Assembly (NCBI GenBank): GCA_965602635.1 | Contig: CBFCZU010000003.1 | Span: forward strand, 1 to 53,794 | Reading direction: 5' to 3' | Length of the DNA stretch: 53,794 nucleotides | Source: an uncultured Planctomycetales bacterium | Lineage (GTDB): Bacteria > Planctomycetota > Phycisphaerae > SM23-33 | Shown here: piece by piece, positions 45,218 through 53,794 of the stretch | Layout of the letters: every line of letters starts with the position of its first letter | How positions within the stretch are numbered: the first letter of the stretch is position 1 | Program-made: the position numbers and the translations under genes | Notes under the pieces: model-generated | Told to the model about the DNA's origin: nothing | Databases searched by the model: none | Seen by the model: only the letters and a program-made list of their open reading frames with translations

Positions 45218-45655
45218 GGGCGCACCGAAGGATAGTGGCGCCAGGGGGCCACAAGATGCAGGGCTGTCTCCCGGTCGAAGTTGGAAACCGAAGAGAAAGG
45301 AGCACCATGAACGCACGAGTGCGAACTGTTCTTGATGAGATGATGACCGAGATGAAGGGACGGTTCAAGGATGTGGCTGAACAGTGACTGTCCCAATGAT
45401 TGTGGGAAGATTTGTGGGGAGATCGGTCGGTTGGGTGGGGGTTGGTCAGATGGTTTTCGGAAGATCGCAGACACCGTCCTCGCCTCGCAGGAAGCTGGAC
45501 AGGTGCCGATGGGCCAGCGGCTGAAAGGCCCCGGCATGCGCTGGTCGGTCAGGAACGTCAACCCCATGGCCGCCCTGGTGAGCCTGTGGAGTGATGGACA
45601 GTGGGACCTCTACTGGCAATCCGCCGCTTAAGTGCCACAATCCGCCGGTGCACCC
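45218..45655 (+). mobile_element. Internally deleted ISKra4-like element with both 24-bp TIRs and a foreign IS end inside
   Basis: TIRs GGGCGCACCGAAGGATAGTGGCGC and GGGTGCACCGGCGGATTGTGGCAC (19/24); C-terminal remnant QRLKGPGMRWSVRNVNPMAALVSLWSDGQWDLYW. Confidence 0.75.
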
Positions 45656-45789
45656 CTACCCGGCCGCGACGCGGATTTGCCTTCTCATTCTACCCGCGGG
45701 ATCTTAAGATGTGCGGCCGGTCTGGCGGGCGAGGAAGCTGGCCCACGGTCAGCTTTGCGGTAGCCTCCTCACAGCAGAAGGGCAGCCTG

Positions 45790-48372
45790 ATGAACGTGGC
45801 GTTCGTCTATGTGAACAATGAATGCAATGTCGGCCGAGGCGCCGGATACGTCGCCGCGTCTGTGATCCGCGCCGGCCACAGCGTGACCTTCTACGACACG
45901 TTCTTCACGCCGATCGAGACGACGGCAGACGCCATCGCGCAGGGCAGCTACGACGTGCTGATGGTCTCAACCATGACCACGCTGTTTCCGGAGGCCCTGC
46001 ACCTCGTCTCATTAGTGAAGGAACGGCGTGAGATTCCCGTCCTTCTTGGCGGGATCCATCCGACGATCGTGGGCGGGGCGATTCTCCAGGAGCACCCGGA
46101 GATCGATTTCCTCTGTATCGGCGAAGGGGAGTCCATGGTCGCCGACTTCCTGGCGCGTTTCGGCCGCGCCGGATTCCAAGACATCCCGAACCTCGCCTAC
46201 CGCCGCGACGGTCAGATCCGCGTCAATCCACCGAGGCCGCCGGAGGACCTAGCGACACTCCCGCCATTCCCATGGTACCTGTTTCCCGAACGGGCGGTGG
46301 TTCAAGAAGGACAGGGGTTCCTTTACGTCAACGCTACGCGCGGATGCCCTTATCGCTGCACCTACTGCTGCAACCACGTCTACCTGGCGCTGTACGGCAG
46401 CAGCTACATCCGCTTCCGGCCGGTGGACGACGTGATCAAAGAGCTGCGATTCCTGCAGCGCCAATACGCCCCGAGGCTGCTCTACTTCGGCGACGAGATG
46501 ATTCTGTCGAAGGCGGAATACGCCACGGCGCTATTCGAGACGATCAAGCAGAAGCTTGGCGCGCCGTACGGCTGCATGGCGAGAGTGGAGTATCTGACCC
46601 AAGACGTCGTAGACCTACTCGAGCGGACCGGGTGCCAGTATATGGGAGTGGGAGTGGAGTGCGGGGATGAGCAGTTCCGAAAGACGTTCCTCGGTCGCCG
46701 AATGTCCAACGAGCAGATCAAGCAGGCCGTCGCCCGAGTCAAGGCCGCGGGGATTTTCGTCACGTCATTCAACATGATCGGCTACCCGTTCGACAACGAC
46801 GACGAGCTAACGGAATCGACGGTTAGGTTCAACCAGGAAATCCAGCCGGACTTTGTCCAGCTCTCTATCTTCTATCCTTTTCCGGGCACCAAGCTGTACG
46901 AACGATGCAAGAAGCTAGACCTCATCGATCCGGAGAAGCAAGAGGGCCTGAAAGACTACTTCGAGGACACGGTCCTCCGTAGTCGGAGCCTGAAGGATAA
47001 GAGAAACGAGATCGAGAAGCTGTTGGACCCCAATGGTTTTCAGTTTACCGTGGGGCATCGGCCGAAGGCGGCGACCATTGACCGGTCGGCCGAGGCCCAG
47101 TCGCCCGAGAAACGGCGCGTGCTGATGCTCGCGCCCGACCACAACATCATCGATCGACGGATCCTTCAGGAGGCCAAAACCCTCGCCGACAACGAATACG
47201 CCGTGACGGTTATCAGCGGCTTCGAATGCCCGCAGGAGGAGCATTTTGCTCGGGACGGTGTATACGTGCACCGCTACAGCTACGACCTTGCCTGCCGATC
47301 CACCTCCGCCAGTCTTGGACGACAATTGCCCCTTCCAGCCGGCGATGCGCGATCTCGACTGAGGAAGCTGGCGGCGAAACTGGTGCGAAAGGTGTTCCGG
47401 GGCACCATTCCGTTCGTCCCCAGGCCGGATCCATTTCGGTCTTTCATACGCGACATCGCCGGGCGTTTCAGAGCCGATATCGTCCACATACACGATCTGC
47501 CGCTGCTCTGGCTCGGTCTCGAGCTGGCTAGGCAATGGCAGGCCAGGCTGGTCTATGATGCCCACGAGATCTATTACGTGCATCACAGCATACCCGCTGC
47601 CCTCAAGCGAAAGCTGAAATCGGAGGAACGAGAACTCGTAGCTGAGGTCGACGTGTTCATCACGGTCAATGAGGCTATCGCGAAGCACTTCTCCAAGCTA
47701 TACGGCAGGAAGGTGCTGATCCTCCACAATGCTGTCGACCCACCGTCGGATGCCGGGGACGAGGATTCGGCTCATCGCCTCCGTACCCTAGCGGGTCTGC
47801 CACGGCCTTCGCGCGTGATCCTATATCAAGGTTGGTTCAGCTCCGAACGGAACCTGGAATCCCTCGTCTTGTCAGCTGGGCTTCTACCAGACGATACGTA
47901 CCTCGTCATGATCGGCTATGGCGACCACGAGCGGAAGCTGCGCGACCTCCTGCAAGGAAAAGCCTTCGCGGACAAGGTCCGGTTTCTCGGACAGGTTCAG
48001 CCAGATAGGCTGCTGTCCCTGACGGCCGGCGCCGATCTGGGAGTGGTCCCGTATCAACCGGTGGACCTCAACCACAAGTATTCTTCGCCGAACAAGTTCT
48101 TTGAGTATGTCCAGATGGGCGTTCCTGTGATCGCCCACCGTTTGCCCTTCTTTGAGACCATGGAGAGCAGATTCGGCGTGGTGAAAACCGGCGACATTTC
48201 CACGCCCCGCGGCATGGCAAAGACGATCAACGCCCTTCTGCAAAGCCCCGACCAGTTGATCCGAATGCGAGAGGCCTGTCGGTCAGCAGCGGCGGAACTC
48301 AGTTGGCGGAAGGAGAGCAAGAAGCTCCTGGAGGCCTATCGCTCCCTGCCCGACGCGCCGCCGGCGGAATAG
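45790..48372 (+). CDS. B12-binding radical SAM - GT4 glycosyltransferase fusion (860 aa)
   Basis: GGIHPT, IGEGE, TRGCPYRCTYC, PFPGT; then 'RVLMLAPD..IDRRILQEA', YDAHE, YQG, SPNKFFEY. Single open frame. Confidence 0.88.
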   Translation: MNVAFVYVNNECNVGRGAGYVAASVIRAGHSVTFYDTFFTPIETTADAIAQGSYDVLMVSTMTTLFPEALHLVSLVKERREIPVLLGGIHPTIVGGAILQEHPEIDFLCIGEGESMVADFLARFGRAGFQDIPNLAYRRDGQIRVNPPRPPEDLATLPPFPWYLFPERAVVQEGQGFLYVNATRGCPYRCTYCCNHVYLALYGSSYIRFRPVDDVIKELRFLQRQYAPRLLYFGDEMILSKAEYATALFETIKQKLGAPYGCMARVEYLTQDVVDLLERTGCQYMGVGVECGDEQFRKTFLGRRMSNEQIKQAVARVKAAGIFVTSFNMIGYPFDNDDELTESTVRFNQEIQPDFVQLSIFYPFPGTKLYERCKKLDLIDPEKQEGLKDYFEDTVLRSRSLKDKRNEIEKLLDPNGFQFTVGHRPKAATIDRSAEAQSPEKRRVLMLAPDHNIIDRRILQEAKTLADNEYAVTVISGFECPQEEHFARDGVYVHRYSYDLACRSTSASLGRQLPLPAGDARSRLRKLAAKLVRKVFRGTIPFVPRPDPFRSFIRDIAGRFRADIVHIHDLPLLWLGLELARQWQARLVYDAHEIYYVHHSIPAALKRKLKSEERELVAEVDVFITVNEAIAKHFSKLYGRKVLILHNAVDPPSDAGDEDSAHRLRTLAGLPRPSRVILYQGWFSSERNLESLVLSAGLLPDDTYLVMIGYGDHERKLRDLLQGKAFADKVRFLGQVQPDRLLSLTAGADLGVVPYQPVDLNHKYSSPNKFFEYVQMGVPVIAHRLPFFETMESRFGVVKTGDISTPRGMAKTINALLQSPDQLIRMREACRSAAAELSWRKESKKLLEAYRSLPDAPPAE

Positions 48373-48678
48373 AGACCGACTGACTCACCGGTGCGAGGGA
48401 AAATGCATGTTGGTTTGTCTTGAAATCCATTCTAGTGTACCCCGCCAGGCGGCGGCTCGCCACGGATTGGCGAGCATGCTTGGCTTGAAGCCAGTGCGAC
48501 TGAACCAGCAATGGGGACTGTTTTGGCCCAACCTCCCAGGCGCACGATCACCAAGACACCGGCGCGTCCATCGTTCACCTCACGATGAGTCGTGGATCGG
48601 CTTCGGCCCCGGGCTCCTTCACCATGACGGCTGATTTGGTTCTGCGCCTGCCCGGTTGGCGCTGCGCGCACCGAAGCA

Positions 48679-48783
48679 GGCGTACGTCCTGATCGAGTCG
48701 CTGCGCCGGCTGGGGCTGAAGGATACCCAACTGGCCAAGGCCCAGGCCGGCAGGCTCCGGCTGAAGCTCTTGAAGATCGGCTC
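48679..48783 (+). mobile_element. IS1380-family transposase C-terminal fragment at the convergence of the plus and minus blocks
   Basis: AYVLIESLRRLGLKDTQLAKAQAGRLRLKLLKIG. Confidence 0.7.
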
Positions 48784-48802
48784 GTGCAACATGCGGGCTA
48801 GA

Positions 48803-50101
48803 TTAGCTCCGTTGCAGTTGCCCGTAGACGGAAAGCAGCTTCTCTTCCTCCCTCGACCAATTGTAGTCGGTCGCTCGGCCTAACAGCCGCTGGCGAAACC
48901 TGCCCGGGCCGCCCTTGGACTCATCGAACATTTCGCGGATGGCCTGGGCGTATTGCTCCTCGCGCTCCAGCTTCGCCACGACGCCGAACTCCTCTTGCCC
49001 GACCACCTTCCGCAGAAACGGCAGGTCGTTGACTATGATCGGAAGGGCCGCCTGGATGAACTCGAAGAGTTTATTCGGCGAGCAGTAGTAGTTGTTCAGG
49101 TCCACCGGCTGGTACGGGATGATCCCCGCATCCGCCGAGGCCGTCCAGTACAACAGTTCAGCCTGGGAGACGGCCTCCTTGAAATGGACCCTTCCGCCCA
49201 GCCCTCGCTCGCGGACAATTTGCTCCAGATCGGCCCTCGCATCACCATAGCCCATCATGACCAGGTGGACGCCGTCATCAACTAGGCTCATCGCCCTAAC
49301 CAGGTCCTGCAGGCCTCGCGTTTGGGACATCCAGCCCTGGTACAGCAGGACGGCATCGCCGCTGGCGATGGGCATAGTTTCGCGGAAGCGGTTCGGCGCG
49401 ACGGTCGGGTCAAAGCCGTCCGGCCGGTTAACGGCGTTGTAAATGACCGTGGGCTCGGGGATCCCGTACCGCTCGGCCATCTCTTTGGCGATAAACGGAT
49501 TCACCGTAATGGCATGATCGCAGTATGGAACCAACCGCTTCTCCAGACGCCCCTGCAGCCACCTCTGGAACCGTGAGAGGGAGTTGATTTCCGGATACAA
49601 CTCGTGCGCATCGTAAACCACGGGGAGGCCGAAACGCCGCTTGGCATAGACGGCAACCTTCAGGCGGGGCAGGTCGTGGGCATGGATGACGTCCGGGTAG
49701 AACTGCTGTATGCGCCAGACAATGGATAATTCCAGGCATGATAAGACACTCCTGCAGACCGGTCCCCACATAACGGCCTCTACCAACAGATCCAGCCCCT
49801 TCATTCCACGCGCAGCCATTCGCTTCAGACGGCGATTCAGCACTTTGAGCTTGCTCACCGGAAACGGTAAGGGTTTGCCGGTGCCGACCGGTCCATTCGA
49901 GACCAGGCGTTCTGACGACGGCGGCAAGAGGCAGTGCCGCACTCGCTCGACCTTTACTCGGCCGACCAATTCGAACTCCGGCAGGGACTCCGCACCGGCG
50001 GCCAGAAGGATGACCTCGTGTCCCAGGTCGATCAGCGTCTCGGCCTCCTGGAGGATCCGCCGGTCTATTACAACGTCATCTGTCAACATGAGTATGCGCA
50101 T
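48803..50101 (-). CDS. GT4 glycosyltransferase (paralog of the GT4 domain of 45790-48372)
   Basis: IDRRILQEA, HAHDLP, YDAHE, LYQGW, PYQPVDLN, SPNKLFE. Confidence 0.9.
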   Translation of the reverse strand: MRILMLTDDVVIDRRILQEAETLIDLGHEVILLAAGAESLPEFELVGRVKVERVRHCLLPPSSERLVSNGPVGTGKPLPFPVSKLKVLNRRLKRMAARGMKGLDLLVEAVMWGPVCRSVLSCLELSIVWRIQQFYPDVIHAHDLPRLKVAVYAKRRFGLPVVYDAHELYPEINSLSRFQRWLQGRLEKRLVPYCDHAITVNPFIAKEMAERYGIPEPTVIYNAVNRPDGFDPTVAPNRFRETMPIASGDAVLLYQGWMSQTRGLQDLVRAMSLVDDGVHLVMMGYGDARADLEQIVRERGLGGRVHFKEAVSQAELLYWTASADAGIIPYQPVDLNNYYCSPNKLFEFIQAALPIIVNDLPFLRKVVGQEEFGVVAKLEREEQYAQAIREMFDESKGGPGRFRQRLLGRATDYNWSREEEKLLSVYGQLQRS

Positions 50102-50113
50102 GAGGCGACTTCT

Positions 50114-51154
50114 TTACCGTGAGTTCTTCGGATATGTGTCCAGGCACACCTTGGCCACCGCACACATGTCGTGTACTTCCCTTACATACCGCTTCGATTT
50201 CTCGCCGATTCGAGGCCACCATTCCGGATGGGCCACCCACTCGGCCAGTACTTCCTCGAAATTGTCGGCCGAAGCAAGGATTATGGGACACCCCTGCCGA
50301 TACAGCGGCAGAATGTCCGGGCGGATATAACAGATGGTGGGCTTGCCCATCGCCATCATCTCCACCGCGCATTGCCCGTACGCCCCGACCAGCAGTTGAT
50401 CTACGCCCAAGTCGCAAGTGTTACGGATCGTCACGGCCTCGGCGTAGGGTTTGTTTTCCACTAGGACAAGTTCCACCTTGAGGCCTCGCCGCCGGAGCCG
50501 TTCAACGGCCGCGACGATGATGGCCGTTCCCTTCATCTTCCAGTTCGACGGTGCATGAGCCAGCCGCACCGGCCGATCCACACCGGGTCGGCCAGGCGGG
50601 ACCGAACTGTGCCCACTTTGCGCCAGCGCCTCGAACTTCTCCAGGTCGATGGGCTGCGGCAGAAGCACCGCCCCCGGCACAAATTCAAGCAGGTCCGGCG
50701 TGCTGACAAAGATCCCGTCGGCGTGTTCGAGGGCCATCCGCCTCGCCTTGAGGCGATTGCGACTGCAGTTCATCGGCCAGCAAGCAGCGCAGACGCTGGG
50801 CTTGTAGGTCTTTACGGTATGTTTGCTGTCACGGATATCACAGCCGCAGAAGTAGAAGAAGACGCGTTTGCCCATCCGCTTGAGACAGGGCACATCCCAT
50901 AATTTTGGCCCACACAGCGATTCCCCGAAGTAGAAGTGGAAAACGTCGAATCGCGGCGCCTTGGCCAGCACGAACCAGGCCCACTCCCACATCCTGCCGA
51001 TTATCGCGGGGTTTGTGAAGATTTGGTCGCAGAAGTAGTCGAAGTTCGTCGGCTGGTAATTGACGGACCAAGCGTCGTGTCCCAATCGGCGCTGGGCGCG
51101 CGCCAAGAGACCGGCCATGCCTCCCGTGTTCTTCGGGCCGTGCAATATCTTCAT
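50114..51154 (-). CDS. GT-B (GT4-like) glycosyltransferase with Cys-rich insert
   Basis: 'FDVFHF', 'FCGCDIR...CAACWPMNC', 'HAPS..MKGT', 'VDQL..GAYG..AVEMMAMGKP'. Confidence 0.82.
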   Translation of the reverse strand: MKILHGPKNTGGMAGLLARAQRRLGHDAWSVNYQPTNFDYFCDQIFTNPAIIGRMWEWAWFVLAKAPRFDVFHFYFGESLCGPKLWDVPCLKRMGKRVFFYFCGCDIRDSKHTVKTYKPSVCAACWPMNCSRNRLKARRMALEHADGIFVSTPDLLEFVPGAVLLPQPIDLEKFEALAQSGHSSVPPGRPGVDRPVRLAHAPSNWKMKGTAIIVAAVERLRRRGLKVELVLVENKPYAEAVTIRNTCDLGVDQLLVGAYGQCAVEMMAMGKPTICYIRPDILPLYRQGCPIILASADNFEEVLAEWVAHPEWWPRIGEKSKRYVREVHDMCAVAKVCLDTYPKNSR

Positions 51155-52245
51155 GACAGCAGGCCCTCTATCGCATCGGCCACTCGCCCAGCGGCGCGGC
51201 CGCCGCCGAAGATCTCGTCCCTCACCTGCGATGGAACCTCAGGATAACGCCCGTCAAGCGACTCGTAGGCGTCCAATATCTTCTGCCGGCGCCACCCGGC
51301 CAGAACAGACCATCCTCCTTCGAGGAGCTCGCGCCATTCCGTGACCTCTCGCAGGACCACGCTCGGCACCCCCCAAAAGAAGGCCTCGCGCTGGACGCCC
51401 CCAGAGTCAGTGAAAATACACTTGGCTGCAGCCTCCAGGGCCAACATCTCCAGGTAGCCGACGGGACCAACCAGGCGCAGCGCTCCAAGGTTGCCACTCC
51501 GTGCCGGCGATCCATCGATGCGCTGCCGTGTCCGCGGATGCACTGGGAAGATCACCGGCAAATCCAACGCGGCCAGGGCTCCAAGAATGGCTTGCAGGCG
51601 CCCAGGGTCGTCGACGTTTTCCGCGCGGTGCACGGTGGCCAAGAAATACCCGCCTGGTTCCACGCTAAGCTGAGCGAGGATTTCCCTCCGGGCGCGCCCC
51701 TTGAAGCTCAGAAAGCAATCGTACATCAGGTCTCCGGTCCGGACGGTGAACTCGCTGAGACCTTCCCGAGCTAGGTTGGCCACGGCCGTGGCCGTCGGCG
51801 CGCAAAGCAGACTGCTTATGTGATCGGTGACCACACGATTGATCTCTTCGGGCATCGTCCGGTCGGAACTGCGAAGGCCCGCCTCTACGTGAACCAGTGG
51901 AATGTGCATCTTGGAGGCCACCAAGGCGCCGGCCAAGGTCGAATTGGTGTCGCCGTCCACGACCACAGCGTCGCACGGGTTGTCCACAAGGAACTGCTCG
52001 AGGGCGCCCATCATTCGGCCGGTTTGCTCGCCGTGGCCGGCGGAACCGATCCCCAGATTAACGTCGGGCTCTTCCAGGCACAGGTCTTCGAAGAACAGCC
52101 TGCTCATCGCCTCATCATAATGCTGGCCGGTGTGCACAAGTGTTTCCCTGTGCCCACGGCGCGCCAGTTCTCGCCGCAGCGGTGCAACCTGCATGAACTG
52201 AGGACGCGTCCCCACGACCCGCACCAGAGTCAGTGGTCTCGTCAT
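51151..52245 (-). CDS. wecB: Second UDP-N-acetylglucosamine 2-epimerase (non-hydrolysing)
   Basis: GTRPQFMQ, HTGQHYD, GDTNST, HVEAGLRS, PEEINR, DSGGVQREA. Confidence 0.9.
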   Translation of the reverse strand: MTRPLTLVRVVGTRPQFMQVAPLRRELARRGHRETLVHTGQHYDEAMSRLFFEDLCLEEPDVNLGIGSAGHGEQTGRMMGALEQFLVDNPCDAVVVDGDTNSTLAGALVASKMHIPLVHVEAGLRSSDRTMPEEINRVVTDHISSLLCAPTATAVANLAREGLSEFTVRTGDLMYDCFLSFKGRARREILAQLSVEPGGYFLATVHRAENVDDPGRLQAILGALAALDLPVIFPVHPRTRQRIDGSPARSGNLGALRLVGPVGYLEMLALEAAAKCIFTDSGGVQREAFFWGVPSVVLREVTEWRELLEGGWSVLAGWRRQKILDAYESLDGRYPEVPSQVRDEIFGGGRAAGRVADAIEGLLS

Positions 52246-52317
52246 GTTGCCCAGCCTGTATCCGTTGGAGCAGACTCCCTCATACGACAACACTCACCAG
52301 CCGGTCGCTAATCGCCT

Positions 52318-52467
52318 CCCGCCGATCAGCCAGCTCAAGACCCGGATGCGTCAGTTGGTCTGGCGGGAGACGATCCAAGATATCGTGAAACGCACCCACG
52401 ATAGGTCCATCATTCGTCGCCTTGAAGAACTCCTGGGGGCCTGAAATCGGTCAGTATGAGTTTCCTA
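52318..52467 (+). mobile_element. 3' end of an IS701-like element inserted at CTAG in the wzt stub
   Basis: LPPISQLKTRMRQLVWRETIQDIVKRTHDRSIIRRLEELLGA*; terminal AATCGGTCAGTATGAGTTTCCTA is 19/23 identical to 24481-24503. Confidence 0.68.
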
Positions 52468-52498
52468 GCGCCTGTGGGCGAATAGCCGTATCAGACAT
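52451..52498 (-). pseudogene. wzt N-terminal stub truncated by IS insertion
   Basis: MSDTAIRPQALGNSY* overlaps the wzm stop in the same way wzt 34681 overlaps the wzm remnant. Confidence 0.6.
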
Positions 52499-53291
52499 TA
52501 TCGACAAACACCTTTTTCATTCGGCCGAAAAACCAGTACCCCACAAAGAAAGTTACCACCGCCAGCGCCAGCAGCACCCAGAGAACTTCGTTCGACGGCC
52601 AGCGCCCCATCATCAGAACGTCCTGGTAGGAAATGATCATGTAGTAGAGCGGGTTGATGCCCAGCAGCGGCCGGAGGTTCGCGGGGATCATTTCAGCCGT
52701 GTAAGCAATCGGGCTGCCCATCATGAGGATCAGGATCACGACGCCGATAATCGCCTGAAGATCACGCATGATGACGTTCAGGCTCGAAAGGATCCATATC
52801 ACTCCCATTGTGAACATCAGTTGCAGCACCCAGACGGCGGGCAGCATCAGCGCCCACCACGTGAGCCTGCCCATCGCCCCTACCGCAATCAGAAGCAGGC
52901 CGATCCCGGCAATCTGCGTACACTGGCTGGTCAACACGGCCTTGACCGGTATCAACTCTATCGGAAACAGCGTGTTCTTAATCAGATTGGAGTTGCTGGT
53001 AACGGCGACTACACCGAGGCTCAGCGCCTCGGCGAACCCAATGAACGGGATAAGGCCACAGAAGATGAGCACCACGTACTCGTTGGAGTCAAACAATCCA
53101 GGGAACCGTACCTTGAAAATAAAGATGTAGACCAGTGCGTACGTTCCCAGGAACACCAGCGGATAAGCAACCAGCCAGGCCAGCCCCAAGATCGATCCTG
53201 CATAGCGCGCGCGGACATCATTCCGGGTCGTCTGCCACAGAAGACCTCGATGTCTCCAGAGCAGCGAAACAGGCCTAGCCAGAAAACCCAT
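52491..53291 (-). CDS. wzm: Wzm polysaccharide ABC exporter permease (intact)
   Basis: RARYAGSILGLAW, LIKNTLFPIE, RDL, SPIAY, NPL; about 6 TMs. Confidence 0.92.
   Translation of the reverse strand: MGFLARPVSLLWRHRGLLWQTTRNDVRARYAGSILGLAWLVAYPLVFLGTYALVYIFIFKVRFPGLFDSNEYVVLIFCGLIPFIGFAEALSLGVVAVTSNSNLIKNTLFPIELIPVKAVLTSQCTQIAGIGLLLIAVGAMGRLTWWALMLPAVWVLQLMFTMGVIWILSSLNVIMRDLQAIIGVVILILMMGSPIAYTAEMIPANLRPLLGINPLYYMIISYQDVLMMGRWPSNEVLWVLLALAVVTFFVGYWFFGRMKKVFVDNV
52531..52582 (-). repeat. 52-bp inverted repeat, right copy
   Basis: Reverse complement of 34597-34648 with one mismatch. Confidence 0.9.
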
Positions 53292-53794
53292 ACCGTAGCC
53301 CTAACGCCCCAACCGTGAGTTCCTTAGAGTCTCTACCCTGCGCAATTATGCAGCTCTCCCGACGGGCTGCAAGCTTTTTTGCCGGCCCATGCCGGGCACC
53401 TGAGCCCCCAAACTCAGCCATTGGGGCTCCGCTGACGCTCACAATCGCAAGAATAGGCGCGCCTCTTGCGCACGGCAAAGTCAGTGAACACAAAGCCTTA
53501 GCGAGGGTCCGGCCCTTGTTCCTGCCGACGAGCTTCACCTGTTTCGGGGCGTCCTCGTGAACGTCGTAGATGACCTTCGAGCCGGCAAGCTTGAGGACGA
53601 CGCCCACCGGCATGAGCGCCGTCTCGTGAATGTGATAGACGTCCGCCCGCAGGGAGGCGGCTTTGCGGCAGGCTCCGGCCGCGCTGCTCAACACGCTCCA
53701 GGCGTTTGGCCTGGCCCTGGCGACCGGATGGAAACGCACGCCGTCCACGCAGGGCGACGGTGGATCCGGCGCCAACAGATGCACGTCATGGCCG
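53275..53794 (-). pseudogene. GT4 N-terminal domain (runs off window) interrupted at ~53500; catalytic C-domain missing
   Basis: ADVYHIHE...KVIYDVHED, then unrelated sequence between CCTTAG direct repeats (53322-53327, 53496-53501). Confidence 0.65.

Noticed and set aside
45601-45789. 63-aa N-terminal extension of the B12-rSAM-GT4
   Set aside because: It begins inside the IS remnant; the domain starts at ATG 45790.
48375-48678. Small ORFs or ncRNA between the convergent GT4 genes
   Set aside because: No convincing motif or structure; probably further IS or gene debris that I cannot assign.
34597-52582. Recombinase-driven shufflon
   Set aside because: No tyrosine or serine recombinase in the window, and the repeat is coding wzm sequence; kept only as a homologous-recombination inversion hypothesis.

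Overview
High-GC bacterial DNA. A planctomycete/Phycisphaerae-like origin is inferred from a PEP-CTERM protein with dockerin-like repeats and a PQQ-propeller protein; this is not proven. Bases 1-371 are a non-coding 10-bp-periodic repeat array. Bases 0.6-10 kb hold a PEP-CTERM beta-helix protein, a TolC-family protein, a phosphomannomutase, an HEXXH peptidase, a half-deleted brnT/brnA pair, a transglutaminase-like protein and a PQQ-propeller. From about 10 kb to the end is one large surface-glycan locus in three blocks (minus 10-27.7 kb, plus 28.3-48.4 kb, minus 48.8-53.8 kb). It encodes three GT-C integral-membrane transferases, two DPM1-like GT2s, flippases, two UDP-GlcNAc 2-epimerases, three amidotransferases (one lacking its catalytic Cys), formyl- and methyltransferases, a deacetylase and a Wzm/Wzt exporter. 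Several enzymes are unusual fusions: C5-epimerase-radical SAM/SPASM, B12 radical SAM-GT4, MTase-GT4 and DUF354-MTase. The main unexplained structures are: (i) an apparently shared ~150-aa beta-rich domain inserted in both Wzt and the C5-epimerase; (ii) wzm and wzt split ~16 kb apart in opposite orientation, each beside a dead copy of its partner, with a 51/52-bp inverted repeat whose recombination would rejoin them; (iii) a formyltransferase-deacetylase cassette between 154-bp direct repeats; (iv) short sequence patches copied from nearby genes and joined at 8-17-bp microhomologies. IS debris of several families sits at block boundaries. Family calls come from motifs read by eye; no searches were run, and misassembly remains an alternative for the mosaics.
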